Assembly (NCBI GenBank): GCA_019695175.1 | Contig: JAIBAM010000001.1 | Coordinates: 277,689-341,688 of the forward strand | Direction of reading: 5' to 3' | DNA length: 64,000 nt | Source: Bdellovibrionales bacterium | GTDB lineage: Bacteria; Bdellovibrionota; Bdellovibrionia; Bdellovibrionales; UBA1609 | Shown: in pieces, positions 1-9,809 of the stretch | Numbering within the stretch: the stretch's first letter is position 1 | Layout of the letters: each line of letters starts with the position of its first letter | Notes under the pieces: model-generated | What the model was told of the DNA's origin: nothing | Database searches by the model: none | What the model saw: only the letters and a program-made list of their open reading frames with translations | Made by a program: the position numbers and the translations under genes

Positions 1-670
1 CCCCATGAGGTCTTGGTAAAATAGAAAAGCAAAAGGGGGGGGCGCCGGATTCAAAAATAGGTAAATCTGTAGAGTGAGCTCCAACATGGCGAGGGCCATA
101 ACCTAGAGTCCATCGCGTTTGCTTTTGAACTCCACTTAGAAAAGTAAGTCGAACGGGAAATTCCAAAGCAGTAACTTCATTGGAATGGTTTTGGCGAGTG
201 GGAATATTTTTTAAAAAATAATCTGCTAGGATTTCATGCCATCTTCGGCGTTCCTTTTGTGACTCTTGGAGTTTATCCGGGGGAGGAGGAGGAGCTTCGG
301 GTGAATTTTGGGGGCTGTTTTGCGAAGATTTTATGGTTGCATTCACTTGAGTCAGTAATTCCTCAGAACCTGTTTTTATTTCTTCCACCACTTGAAATTC
401 AGTCTGACCAATGAAAAATTTTAAATTTGGTTTTAATACAACAAAAGGAGTGACCTGACCGTCGATCTTAATCCCATTCTTGGATTTGTTATCTTTGAGC
501 AACCAACTTTGATTGAGGGTGTCGTATTGTACCGTGGCATGCAGTCCAGAAACCCGGCTATCATCGAGTAGGATGTCCCCCCGTGATCTTCCTATACTAA
601 ATCCGTCCCTCAGTTCCCACTCTTGCTGTGCTTGAGTTCCGTTGAGTATTCGTATTTTCAGACAACCCAC
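1..670 (-). CDS. FHA domain-containing protein (partial; 3' end runs off the window; absent from the ORF track)
   Basis: Hand translation of the minus strand from GTG (670-668) stays open to base 1. It reads MGCLKIRILNGTQAQQEWELRDGFSIGRSRGDILLDDSRVSGLHATVQYD..WLLKDNKSKNGIKIDG. This matches the FHA pattern G-R..D, S..H, NG, followed by a Pro-rich linker (EAPPPPPD). The start codon is uncertain. Confidence 0.7.
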   Translation of the reverse strand, partial: MGCLKIRILNGTQAQQEWELRDGFSIGRSRGDILLDDSRVSGLHATVQYDTLNQSWLLKDNKSKNGIKIDGQVTPFVVLKPNLKFFIGQTEFQVVEEIKTGSEELLTQVNATIKSSQNSPQNSPEAPPPPPDKLQESQKERRRWHEILADYFLKNIPTRQNHSNEVTALEFPVRLTFLSGVQKQTRWTLGYGPRHVGAHSTDLPIFESGAPPFCFSILPRPHG

Positions 671-880
671 CTTATTTTTTATAATTACTATGATTTGCTT
701 AGCGTTTGTTCGGAGTCTAACGTAAATTTTCCGAACCGGTCCTTAAGTAGATCGAGGAATTTTCTTGTTCTTAAAGCCCGCTTTGTGTTAAGCCAAACCC
801 TTTGCAACTCCTTGCTCCCGGCGTCAAACGCAAGAACGCGTTAATTATAAATGCTTGGGGCTTTAACCGAAAGGAATTTT

Positions 881-1423
881 ATGACTGAAGCCATTGATTC
901 TCAGCTTAGAAAATATGAAGCCGTTGTGGTTCTTCACCCAGACGCTAATGAAGAAGAACAAAAAAGTCTTTTCCGAAAAAATAAAGAAATTATTAAATCC
1001 TTCCAGGGAGAAGTAAATCATTTGGACACATGGGGAAAACGTCGTTTGGCCAATCCCGTGGAAAAAATGACCCGTGGAACTTATTTTCATACGACATTTA
1101 CCGCAAAGGGAAACTGTATCGCAGAGTTGGAACGTACGATGAGGATTAATGATAAAGTCCTTCGGTTTGTCCATATGAGATTGGATGACCGGATTAATCT
1201 AGTAAAGTTTGTAGATCAGTTTAAAACCTCCCTAGTTGAAGCTTTGAAACGAGAGAGTGAAAGGGAAGCAAAAGCCCAAGCTCGTCGAGCTCAAATGAGT
1301 GCAGCGCGCAGTGAAAGAGGGGACCGTGGGGATTCCCGTGAAGGTGGTTCTTTCAATAGGCGTCGTGATGAAGGACGAAATGGTGGCGGAATCTACGATA
1401 TGGATGAAGGAGACATGGATTAG
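881..1423 (+). CDS. rpsF: 30S ribosomal protein S6 with a long Arg/Gly/acidic C-terminal tail
   Basis: The S6 core reads LRKYEAVVVLHPD...WGKRRLANPVEK...YFHTTF...VLRFVHMRLD. I chose ATG 881 (RBS gaaagga just upstream) rather than the track start at 851. About 80 extra C-terminal residues end in DMDEGDMD. Confidence 0.9.
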   Translation: MTEAIDSQLRKYEAVVVLHPDANEEEQKSLFRKNKEIIKSFQGEVNHLDTWGKRRLANPVEKMTRGTYFHTTFTAKGNCIAELERTMRINDKVLRFVHMRLDDRINLVKFVDQFKTSLVEALKRESEREAKAQARRAQMSAARSERGDRGDSREGGSFNRRRDEGRNGGGIYDMDEGDMD

Positions 1424-1467
1424 GGTTTTTTGTCCCAATTCCTTTTAAGTCCTCAGGGAGTTTTCTG

Positions 1468-2367
1468 GTGTTAGATTCCATACGACATCCATTAAAAATA
1501 TTCGCCCTATATGTTTGGGCTGTGGTTCTTACTGCTCTGACAGGAGTATTTGGCGCGGCCCCCCTTCGTGCGCTCAGGTTGCATTTGGGGGGGTGGTTGT
1601 ATTGGGTTATCACTGTGGGATCAGTTGTTGTTTTATTGTTGTTTCACTGGATCCCTTTGGCGGCTTTCTTTGCTTGTGTGGGTTTGACTGTGGGTTTAGC
1701 TGCTGAGTTGGAAAAAAAGAGAATGACTTTATTCAATATTGGATTTTGGTCTGTTCTTTTTCCCCTCGCGTTTATTTTTGCGGCTTTTGCAATTTGGATA
1801 GAAAAAATAGGCCCGGGATGGCCTAAAATTATAATTCAACAAGTGGAAACACAGTTGAGTTTAGTGCCTCGCTGGAATGAGCTCATTAAGTTAAATGCTC
1901 AAGAAATTACTCAGCAAATTCCCTCATTGGTGATTATTTTGTTCATTTTTTCTTTGTTTATTTCGTGGTTGCTGAGCGATCGGGTGAGTAAAATTTTTGG
2001 ATTGAAAAGTGGTCTGGAATCTCTTCGTTTGAACCATTTTACTGTGCCAGACATTGTGGTTTGGACTTTTCTTTTCTCATTTGCGGGAGCCTTTTTGAAG
2101 GGAACTCCAGGTTGGTTGGCTATCATTGCAACCAATTTTTTGAACGTTTGTATTGTGATCTTTTTTTTACAAGGTTTGGCTGTCATAACCACCTTTTTTG
2201 CTTTGATGCGTGTGGGGTGGATTTGGAGAGTGTTTTTCTTAACAGTTTTGGTGACACAACTGTTTATTCTAGTAAGTTTAATTGGTTTTGCGGATTATTG
2301 GATGGGATTTAGGGTGCGACTGGCAAGAAAGAAATTATCGATGGATCGAAAGATTTTTAAAAAGTGA
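1468..2367 (+). CDS. polytopic inner-membrane protein, YybS/DUF2232-like
   Basis: 299 aa with multiple hydrophobic segments and a GTG start. Its position directly upstream of rplI recalls Bacillus yybS. The family assignment is from memory of architecture and synteny, not from a search. Confidence 0.55.
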   Translation: MLDSIRHPLKIFALYVWAVVLTALTGVFGAAPLRALRLHLGGWLYWVITVGSVVVLLLFHWIPLAAFFACVGLTVGLAAELEKKRMTLFNIGFWSVLFPLAFIFAAFAIWIEKIGPGWPKIIIQQVETQLSLVPRWNELIKLNAQEITQQIPSLVIILFIFSLFISWLLSDRVSKIFGLKSGLESLRLNHFTVPDIVVWTFLFSFAGAFLKGTPGWLAIIATNFLNVCIVIFFLQGLAVITTFFALMRVGWIWRVFFLTVLVTQLFILVSLIGFADYWMGFRVRLARKKLSMDRKIFKK

Positions 2368-2374
2368 GGATAAA

Positions 2375-2818
2375 ATGAAGGTAATTTTACAAAAAGATGT
2401 AAAAAATGTGGGTAAATTGGGCGACTTAGTTAACGTAAAGGACGGTTTTGCCCGTAATTTTCTTTTTCCTAGAAAACTAGCCCAAGTGGCTACCGAAAAA
2501 AGAATGAAAGAATGGCAACACTTGCAAAAAGTTGCTGAAGTTCGCAAAAAGAAAATGGCTTTGGAAAGACGAACTATTGTGGAAAAAATGAATGGACAAG
2601 TGATTAAGTTCATTAAAGAAGCAGGTGCTTCTGATAAACTTTTCGGTTCAGTTACAACATTAGATATTTCGAATGAGTTGGAGAAATTAGGATTCTCTGT
2701 CGACAAACGGGACATTCATTTGGAAGAACCCATTAAAACATTGGGTCAATTTAGTGCTGTGGTTAAATTGGGTGAAAAAATTGAAGCCACAATTTCTGTC
2801 GCTGTAGAAAAACAATAA
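2375..2818 (+). CDS. rplI: 50S ribosomal protein L9
   Basis: MKVILQKDVKNVGKLGDLVNVKDGFARNFLFPRKLA is the canonical L9 N-terminus. ATG 2375 is preceded by gagga. The track ORF at 2282 carries a spurious 5' extension that overlaps the upstream gene. Confidence 0.95.
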   Translation: MKVILQKDVKNVGKLGDLVNVKDGFARNFLFPRKLAQVATEKRMKEWQHLQKVAEVRKKKMALERRTIVEKMNGQVIKFIKEAGASDKLFGSVTTLDISNELEKLGFSVDKRDIHLEEPIKTLGQFSAVVKLGEKIEATISVAVEKQ

Positions 2819-2890
2819 TAAACTTTATTTTTTTCTCATGGTTTGTTTTGCTGCTGCCTCAAATCTTTTTTGACTCACAGCTTAATTAGA

Positions 2891-2913
2891 GGGAACGCAG
2901 GGGCAGCGTCCCT
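2891..2913. terminator. imperfect GC hairpin between convergent rplI and a small minus-strand ORF
   Basis: gggaacgc-aggggca-gcgtccc (one bulged A), followed by tttct on the plus strand. Confidence 0.4.
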
Positions 2914-2923
2914 TTCTAAATAC

Positions 2924-3130
2924 TTAAAGTTGATGTAGGTCCATTTCTTTTTTTGCTTTGATCAAAGTATCTTGTAAGTAATCTGCAAGAATGATTCGAA
3001 GGTGGGAAAGATTGAGAGTTTCTATTTTAAGCCCTTGCTCATAAATTAGTTTTTTAAGTTCAATTTTCACCCACTCAACAGGAAGTCCAGTTGCGAGGGC
3101 GACTTCGTTGATAAGTGTTTCACCTTCCAT
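2924..3130 (-). CDS. small hypothetical protein (68 aa)
   Basis: ATG is preceded by GGAGGA at a spacing of about 6 nt on the minus strand. I recognised no family. Confidence 0.6.
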   Translation of the reverse strand: MEGETLINEVALATGLPVEWVKIELKKLIYEQGLKIETLNLSHLRIILADYLQDTLIKAKKEMDLHQL

Positions 3131-3311
3131 GGTTGTCCTCCAGATTTAGTTTAAAGGCTCCGACGGCACTCACTCTTATTGAACCAGCCTAAAATACGGA
3201 TCACCATAAAGATTAGTTTCAGTTTAAGATTTCTAGACCATAGATTGGGGTCATTTATTTAATTTTAGTGGTACCATTTTTTTACGTCTTTTTTCCTTTT
3301 AAAGGAACTTC

Positions 3312-4250
3312 ATGCCAACCAGAATAGATGCAAAACGAAAAATCCTTATTGTTGATGATGATGTGGCCTGTTTAAGTATTGTAGGTAAAGCATTGGCGTT
3401 TGAGGGATTTAAAGTAGAACAGGCATCCTCAGGCCAAGAAGCTATTGAAAAGATGAATAGCTGGCGTCCTCATTTAGTTTTACTTGATATAAATATGCCA
3501 GGGTTAAGCGGCATGGAAACACTAAAAATTCTAAGAGTCAGAGATGAGTACGTTTCGGTGATTTTTGTTTCCGGAAGATCAAGTACTGAAGATGTTACTA
3601 AAGGTTTAGATGCTGGTGCAGACGATTATGTTCGTAAACCATTTGATGTGTTGGAACTTCTCGCTCGGGTGAGAGCTCAGTTAAGAATTAAAGATCTAAA
3701 TGATAATTTAAAAATTGCGAATGGGAAATTAAAAGAACTGGTTGATATAGATGATCTTACAGGTCTTTACAATATGAGGTCATTGTACAAAAAATTGGAT
3801 TTTGAATTGGATCGAGCCAGGAGATACAAAAGAACAATTTGTGTCATGATGATGGATATGGATTATTTTAAAAAAGTGAATGACCACCATGATCATTTAT
3901 TTGGCAGTTTTGTCCTTACCCAAGTGGGAAAAATGATCCGAGATAATATTCGCAAAGTAGATTTTGCAGCACGCTATGGTGGAGACGAGTTTTTAATTGT
4001 TTTAACAGAAATTGATTTTATAGGGGCTCAAATTTTTGCCGAAAGACTTCGTGAAGGGATCGAGCGCAGAACATTTAAATCTGATCGTCATGAAATTCAA
4101 CTAACCGCGAGCATTGGATGTGCCGTCGTTATGCCTTCACAAATAAATGTGGATTCGCGGGGGTTGGTGCGTTGGGCAGATCAAGCTCTATATCGAGCAA
4201 AGCAAAACGGAAGGAACCGAGTAGAGTTCTTTTCTGAATCTCAAAAATAA
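3312..4250 (+). CDS. response regulator receiver + GGDEF diguanylate cyclase (PleD-like)
   Basis: The receiver domain reads ILIVDDD...VLLDINMPGLSG...KPF. It is followed by a coiled linker and an intact RYGGDEFLIV active-site motif. Confidence 0.9.
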   Translation: MPTRIDAKRKILIVDDDVACLSIVGKALAFEGFKVEQASSGQEAIEKMNSWRPHLVLLDINMPGLSGMETLKILRVRDEYVSVIFVSGRSSTEDVTKGLDAGADDYVRKPFDVLELLARVRAQLRIKDLNDNLKIANGKLKELVDIDDLTGLYNMRSLYKKLDFELDRARRYKRTICVMMMDMDYFKKVNDHHDHLFGSFVLTQVGKMIRDNIRKVDFAARYGGDEFLIVLTEIDFIGAQIFAERLREGIERRTFKSDRHEIQLTASIGCAVVMPSQINVDSRGLVRWADQALYRAKQNGRNRVEFFSESQK

Positions 4251-4329
4251 AATTTTAAAACTGAATTTATCATTAGATAGACTTCATTGATTCTTATTAA
4301 GAGGAATCATAGAGTATTTCGAACGGCCC

Positions 4330-5403
4330 TTGGTTTATTTCATTGGTTTTTTTAATTTGGTAAAGGTGGAGACATTGGGGATTAAGGATCAATTTTTAAG
4401 TCATCAGGAATTACAGCAAAGAAATTATGCTGCTGGGATTTCTTTGTTTGTAAGTGTGATTTTAATGTTAATTAAATTTTGGGCCCATAATTTAACGGAT
4501 TCCCAAGCGATATTTTCGGATGCAATGGAAAGTATCGTGAATGTTTTGGCAGCTTTCATCACTTTAGGTGTGATTTGGTATGCGGCAAAACCCAAGGATG
4601 AAGACCATCCTTACGGTCATGGTAAAATCGAATTCTTTTCTTCGGCATTTGAAGGTGGAATGATTTCATTTGCTTCAATAATGATTATATTTGAAGCCAT
4701 CCAGGCTTTTTGGCGGGGAGAAAGGGTCCATCATTTAGATCAAGGTTTGATTTTGGTGGCTTTGGCAGCTCTGGTTAATTACGTTTTGGGGAAGTATTTA
4801 AAGTATAAAGGAAAAGTTTTGAGTTCAGTAGCGCTTGTAGCCAGCGGAGAGCACATAATTGCAGATTTTTGGACCAGTGCGGGAGTCATTGTGGGGCTGT
4901 TGCTTACTTATCTTACCCAATGGTTTTGGTTGGATATGTTTTTGGCCTGTGCTGTAGGTCTTTGGTTGGGGAGAACTGGATTTTTACTGGTAGTAAAATC
5001 AATTGGAGGGCTTATGGATCAGGAAGATCCACAAACTCTCCAAACTTTAGTCCAAATTTTTGCCTCGTGCCTTGAGCCAGGAATTATTCAAATTCACCAT
5101 GTTAGAGTGATTCGATCCGGTTGGTATCACCATATAGATGCCCACGTGGTTATGCCTGAGTTTTGGAATGTGAAACAAATTCATAATGTTGTAGATTCTT
5201 TTGAAAATTCCGTGATTCAAAAATATGAGTATGGTGGAGAAATGAACTTTCATGTGGATCCATGTCGCAAGGCCTATTGTCGTGTTTGCAGTCTTGGAAA
5301 TTGCCCTATAAGAGTTGAAAAGTTTGTGGAACAAATCCCAGTTCAGTTGGAAGACCTGCGATCCCCACTAGAACCAGCCCAGTTTCATCCGCCTACGAGT
5401 TAA
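4330..5403 (+). CDS. cation diffusion facilitator family metal efflux transporter with Cys-rich C-terminal extension
   Basis: It has six TM segments, SDAMESIVN, and DEDHPYGHGKIEF, which is typical of CDF proteins. The C-terminal cluster is CRKAYCRVCSLGNC. The start (TTG 4330) is uncertain. Confidence 0.85.
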   Translation: MVYFIGFFNLVKVETLGIKDQFLSHQELQQRNYAAGISLFVSVILMLIKFWAHNLTDSQAIFSDAMESIVNVLAAFITLGVIWYAAKPKDEDHPYGHGKIEFFSSAFEGGMISFASIMIIFEAIQAFWRGERVHHLDQGLILVALAALVNYVLGKYLKYKGKVLSSVALVASGEHIIADFWTSAGVIVGLLLTYLTQWFWLDMFLACAVGLWLGRTGFLLVVKSIGGLMDQEDPQTLQTLVQIFASCLEPGIIQIHHVRVIRSGWYHHIDAHVVMPEFWNVKQIHNVVDSFENSVIQKYEYGGEMNFHVDPCRKAYCRVCSLGNCPIRVEKFVEQIPVQLEDLRSPLEPAQFHPPTS

Positions 5404-5502
5404 AATAAACTGTGTTTATTGGGTTTAGCAGAGAACAAAGTTATAATAAAAATTGCGTTTTGTTCAATCTCGGTTCAGAAGACATTGAGTGTTCAACCTG
5501 GT

Positions 5503-7149
5503 TTAATACCCCCCCGCAGCACCCTCCCCGCGGGAATCAAAGGCAGCCTCCAAAGTACCATCAGTTCTTAATTTGACCGCATAAGTTCTGGCAAAGAACT
5601 TGTAATTCAGTTCATGTCCTTTCTGGATAAGAGCATTGGTGATTTCAGGACTAAAACGATGTTCGTCTAAATTAATTTTATTTGGATTGTATTGATGATG
5701 CAGTCGTGGAGCTTGAATGGCTTCATCAATATTCAGTAGATTGATAAGATGTCGATAGAGAACTTGGTATACAGCACTGGGGATTTGCGTTCCTCCAGGG
5801 GCTCCCAAACTTAAAACAAGTTTGTTATCTTTTTCCACAATTGTAGGACTCATGGAACTTAATGGCCTTTTTCCGGATTGAGGTCGGTTGTTAGAGCCCT
5901 GTGATAAACTTAATTTGTTTTCTTTGGAATCCGAAAAAGTAAAATCATCCATTTCATTGTTCAGCGCAATACCAAAACGCTCGCTCACAATACCCGAACC
6001 ATAACGTCCATTTAATGTTACAGTGAAAGCCACGGAATTACCCTCACTATCGGCAATGGAAAAATGTGTTGTTTCTTGTCCTTCAACCGTGGTGTCTTTA
6101 ATCGGGGGAATTAATGAGGACTTTTCTAAGTGAATGTGACCGAATAGCTCATTAAGGTAGTTTGTACTCAATAAATAAGAAATGGGGATTTTATTAAAAT
6201 CTGGATCTCCCAAGAGCATTCTGCCCCGGAAGGAGTGGGAAAGAATTTCACTCATAAGGTGAAGCTCGTCGACACTGAGGAGTTTATATTTTGGTAGGTT
6301 TAATTTCTCGGTTAATCCCAATGCTGTTTTAAGAATCACGCCACCACTACTTGGTGGAGGCATTAAATAAATTTTATATCCAAAAAAGTTTGTTGTTAAA
6401 GGTTCACGCCATTTCACTTTGTAGTCTTTTAAGTCTTGGGCTGTAAGGGTGCCGTCGTTGTTTAGAACAGATTTAATCAAATCACGTGCGACAGCTCCTT
6501 GATAAAATCCGTCGACTCCCTTGTTGCGGAATTCCAGAAGTGCTTGAGCCAATGCAATTTGTTTAAGTAGTTGTCCTGGTTGGTAATGTGATTTGTCAGT
6601 TTTAAGAAAATATTTTCGTCCGGCTTCATTAAAAGTTTTATATTCAGTTTGGGTGTTATGGACCCATTCTCCAGAGACTCGAAATCCTTCCTGGGCTAAC
6701 CTAAGACAGGAAACAAATAATCTTTTCCAAGGGAGTTTGCCGTATTTTTGGTGAAGGGCTTTGAGGCCTGCTGGGAGACCAGGCACTCCAATGAAACGGC
6801 CACCCTTCCTAGTGTTTCCAGTACCCTCAGGGTTTTTGGTAAAACTGATCTTTTCAATATCTTTTGGAGCCACTTCCCTAAAATCAAGGGTTTCTACTTT
6901 ATTATCCATTCGTATCATGGCGAAACCACCACCTCCGAGGGCTGCGTAATAAGGTGTTGTGACAGCGAGGGTTAGTGCCACAGCCACAGCAGCATCGACA
7001 ACATTTCCTCCAGCATCAGAAATATCTTGTAATGTTGTGACGGCATGTGCGGAAGGTCCTGCAATCATGATTTTATGTCCCGAGGTCGGAATTGCGTAAA
7101 CAGGGTTATTAACTGTAAGAAAAAAAATAAATATAAAGAGGGTTTTCAT
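5503..7149 (-). CDS. ggt: gamma-glutamyltransferase
   Basis: A signal peptide is present, and the autoprocessing/nucleophile site ETTHFSIAD and the GGxxI/GGTQI motifs are recognisable. I chose ATG 7149 (AGGAG 9 nt upstream) over the track's TTG 7167, which overlaps that RBS. Confidence 0.9.
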   Translation of the reverse strand: MKTLFIFIFFLTVNNPVYAIPTSGHKIMIAGPSAHAVTTLQDISDAGGNVVDAAVAVALTLAVTTPYYAALGGGGFAMIRMDNKVETLDFREVAPKDIEKISFTKNPEGTGNTRKGGRFIGVPGLPAGLKALHQKYGKLPWKRLFVSCLRLAQEGFRVSGEWVHNTQTEYKTFNEAGRKYFLKTDKSHYQPGQLLKQIALAQALLEFRNKGVDGFYQGAVARDLIKSVLNNDGTLTAQDLKDYKVKWREPLTTNFFGYKIYLMPPPSSGGVILKTALGLTEKLNLPKYKLLSVDELHLMSEILSHSFRGRMLLGDPDFNKIPISYLLSTNYLNELFGHIHLEKSSLIPPIKDTTVEGQETTHFSIADSEGNSVAFTVTLNGRYGSGIVSERFGIALNNEMDDFTFSDSKENKLSLSQGSNNRPQSGKRPLSSMSPTIVEKDNKLVLSLGAPGGTQIPSAVYQVLYRHLINLLNIDEAIQAPRLHHQYNPNKINLDEHRFSPEITNALIQKGHELNYKFFARTYAVKLRTDGTLEAAFDSRGEGAAGGY

Positions 7150-7359
7150 ATTTGAGGACTCCTGCAACCGAATAGATCTTTAAGAAGTTGACGGACGTAT
7201 TATTTTAATAACCAGGTTTATTTTGGATAATGAAAGTTCTTTACCCGCATTTTGTTTTTCACACATTATGCAAAGATAAAGTGAGTCTGTAAACTTTATA
7301 GATAAGATTCTTTCCTTATATTTTTGTTGTGTTATGGAGGATCAGGAAAAAAGTGAGGG

Positions 7360-8088
7360 TTGAGTTTTAGAGTTGGTTTTGTTATGCCATCGGCTATGTC
7401 ACGTGGAGCTCAACTTAAAATTGGTAAAACAAAAAATATTCCTAAGCCCAATGAATACATTCATTCCATGTATCATGAGTATTCTTCCTATTGTTTAGAT
7501 GAGGAAATGGCACCTCAGAATAAGGGGCATTGGAGAAAAAATCAATTTGGGATGGGTTCAGAAGCTTTTTTGGATCTTGAAATTGGAACGGGAAATGGTT
7601 ATCACTTTGCTCATCGGGCCCAATGTTTTCCTGAACGTCAACTATTGGGAATTGAGCTCAAATATAAGCCGTTGATTCAAACCATCCGTCGAGCGGTTCG
7701 ATCGGGTTGTTTGAACGCCAAAGTGATGCGCTATAACGCTGTACATGTGGATCAGATTTTTGCCCCTGAAGAGATTCATGATGTTTTCATTCACTTTCCC
7801 GATCCTTGGGTAAAAACCAGTCAAAAAAAACATCGTTTGGTTCAACTGGATTTTTTACTTCGACTCCACCAAGTACAAAAAAAGGGTTCTCGAGTAGAAT
7901 TTAAAACGGATAATAAGGATTACTTTTTGGATGCTATGGAACAGATTCAGAAAAGTCCTTATCATATTGTGGGTTCAACAATGGACTTGCATCATTCTTG
8001 TTGGAGCAAAACTAATTTTATCACCCAGTTTGAAAATTTGTTTCTGAGGGAAGGGCTACCAATTCATTTTGCTCTCTTAGAAAAATAA
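7360..8088 (+). CDS. trmB: tRNA (guanine-N7)-methyltransferase
   Basis: LEIGTGNG (SAM pocket) and HFPDPW motifs are present. The 5' end is uncertain because there are several candidate starts and no clear RBS. Confidence 0.85.
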   Translation: MSFRVGFVMPSAMSRGAQLKIGKTKNIPKPNEYIHSMYHEYSSYCLDEEMAPQNKGHWRKNQFGMGSEAFLDLEIGTGNGYHFAHRAQCFPERQLLGIELKYKPLIQTIRRAVRSGCLNAKVMRYNAVHVDQIFAPEEIHDVFIHFPDPWVKTSQKKHRLVQLDFLLRLHQVQKKGSRVEFKTDNKDYFLDAMEQIQKSPYHIVGSTMDLHHSCWSKTNFITQFENLFLREGLPIHFALLEK

Positions 8089-8183
8089 AATAGTGAGACC
8101 TCCCGGGTGTTGAGCAGTTCCACTTCCGCACTGTATCAGCAGTACAGGTTAATTATTAAAGTCTATAGTTAAAGTGGTGGTGG

Positions 8184-9584
8184 TTATCTAAAAATACACT
8201 CTCCTTCTGTGGAGAGTCTTTTGAGCACTTCTTCAAAAGTGTAAACGTTCGGGTTGATTGGGTATTCCACTCCTACAACAGGTAGTGTGATCACTTCGCC
8301 CGAGGGAACCACGTTGATTCTTCCGGCTAAATTCCATTCAGGATCCCCTTCTTTGTTTTTTACCATGTAGAGTAAGTCAGGTCCTAGATTCTCTGTAAAC
8401 TGAACGTAATCTATACCTTCCGTCATATAGGCCCTGTCAGATCCTGGTTTCACTAAACAATGGTAGATTCTAGGTTCCAGAACATTAAGTAAAATAAATT
8501 CTTTAGGGGGAAGGTGAATACGAGTCACTTCCCCACTTTTTTCCACAGGGAAGGGACTCGATTTTTCTAAAATATCAAACTTTAATTGTAGAGTTTTTTT
8601 AAGTGATTTGATGAGGGTTTGGTATCCATAGACTGTAATGATATCTGCAGTTTGTTTGCCAAAGGGGGGTATTTCAATGACGAGAGTAAAGTCGAATGGG
8701 TTCAAAATTTTGATTTGTCCCAAGACCACTGGACTTTTTGGGTAAGCCACGGTGGCAGGTTTCCAGGAAACTTGAGGACGGAGAATAGGAACCTCCACTT
8801 CAACAAGAGTGGAAAAATCCATCCGATGACCATTTTCATAGTTAGTAATACGACAAAACTGTTTGGGGTAAAAAGACATAGGTAGATTTTGCTTATTGTC
8901 CCTTGCTTCTGCATTTTCGTAAGAAAATTGTACCATGGGAACAATTCGACCTCCGGCCAGCAATGGAATTTTATGATGTAGGCAGTCCATAACTAGATTA
9001 AGTTGCGGGTTTTGTGGGACAAGCCAATATTGATCCCATCGGGCCAGAGGAATTTTTAGAACCTGAGCGGCATCAGTGTTAACGATCAGGCCTTCTTTTT
9101 TAAAAATAATACCATCCCCTTCATTGAAACTGACCCATTGAACTTTGGGAAGGTTAAAGATATGTCGGGATCCTTTTTTATTTTTAGCCATCATATCAAA
9201 CCGACAGGTTTGAATTGTTCCTGGAGGACTCAACAAGGCGGTTATTGGAACAAGTTGTTTTATTTTAATTCGACTTGGGTTTTGCCAAGTTTGTAATTCT
9301 TTTGAATTCACCTTGCCTGCAGAACAACGAGATTCAATTTGTATCTCATAATTCAAAATATTGTCTGCAGGATTGAATACAATTTCATCGTTAGGAAGGG
9401 TCTCAAAAATATCCATCTGGTTGATTTCTCGCCAAAGAATATTTTTCACCCCATTTCGTTCCACATGTGGCGGGGAAAGCTTAAAGTCATCCACTTCATT
9501 GGATTTTTCTTTAGAGCAGGAAATAAGACTTAAAATTAAGAATGGAATTGAAAAGATGTGATTAGATACATTTTTGTTTAACAT
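8184..9584 (-). CDS. hypothetical lipoprotein (466 aa)
   Basis: Signal peptide with lipobox LSLISC. No domain recognised. Confidence 0.7.
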   Translation of the reverse strand: MLNKNVSNHIFSIPFLILSLISCSKEKSNEVDDFKLSPPHVERNGVKNILWREINQMDIFETLPNDEIVFNPADNILNYEIQIESRCSAGKVNSKELQTWQNPSRIKIKQLVPITALLSPPGTIQTCRFDMMAKNKKGSRHIFNLPKVQWVSFNEGDGIIFKKEGLIVNTDAAQVLKIPLARWDQYWLVPQNPQLNLVMDCLHHKIPLLAGGRIVPMVQFSYENAEARDNKQNLPMSFYPKQFCRITNYENGHRMDFSTLVEVEVPILRPQVSWKPATVAYPKSPVVLGQIKILNPFDFTLVIEIPPFGKQTADIITVYGYQTLIKSLKKTLQLKFDILEKSSPFPVEKSGEVTRIHLPPKEFILLNVLEPRIYHCLVKPGSDRAYMTEGIDYVQFTENLGPDLLYMVKNKEGDPEWNLAGRINVVPSGEVITLPVVGVEYPINPNVYTFEEVLKRLSTEGECIFR

Positions 9585-9809
9585 GGATACCCCCTAGTCA
9601 AGGGGATTAGCAAAAGAAATACCAAGTCAGATCAAAACCAGGGGTTTGGTCTAAACTCCGAATTAACTTTGATAAAAAAAGTTTCTGTTTTGCTAATTTT
9701 CAATTAGCTTTCAATACCAATTGGTGTATCACTTCTAAAGGTTCTTTATCGAAGAATCTTAATACATTCGGAACTGCTGTTCACAGCAGGCAATCTTAAA
9801 GGAGGCAAA

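Noticed and set aside
623-844. 73-aa plus-strand ORF between the FHA gene and rpsF
   Set aside because: It lies in the divergent promoter region and overlaps the FHA gene start. It has no RBS and a low-complexity, Cys/Ser/Leu-rich product. It is most likely spurious.
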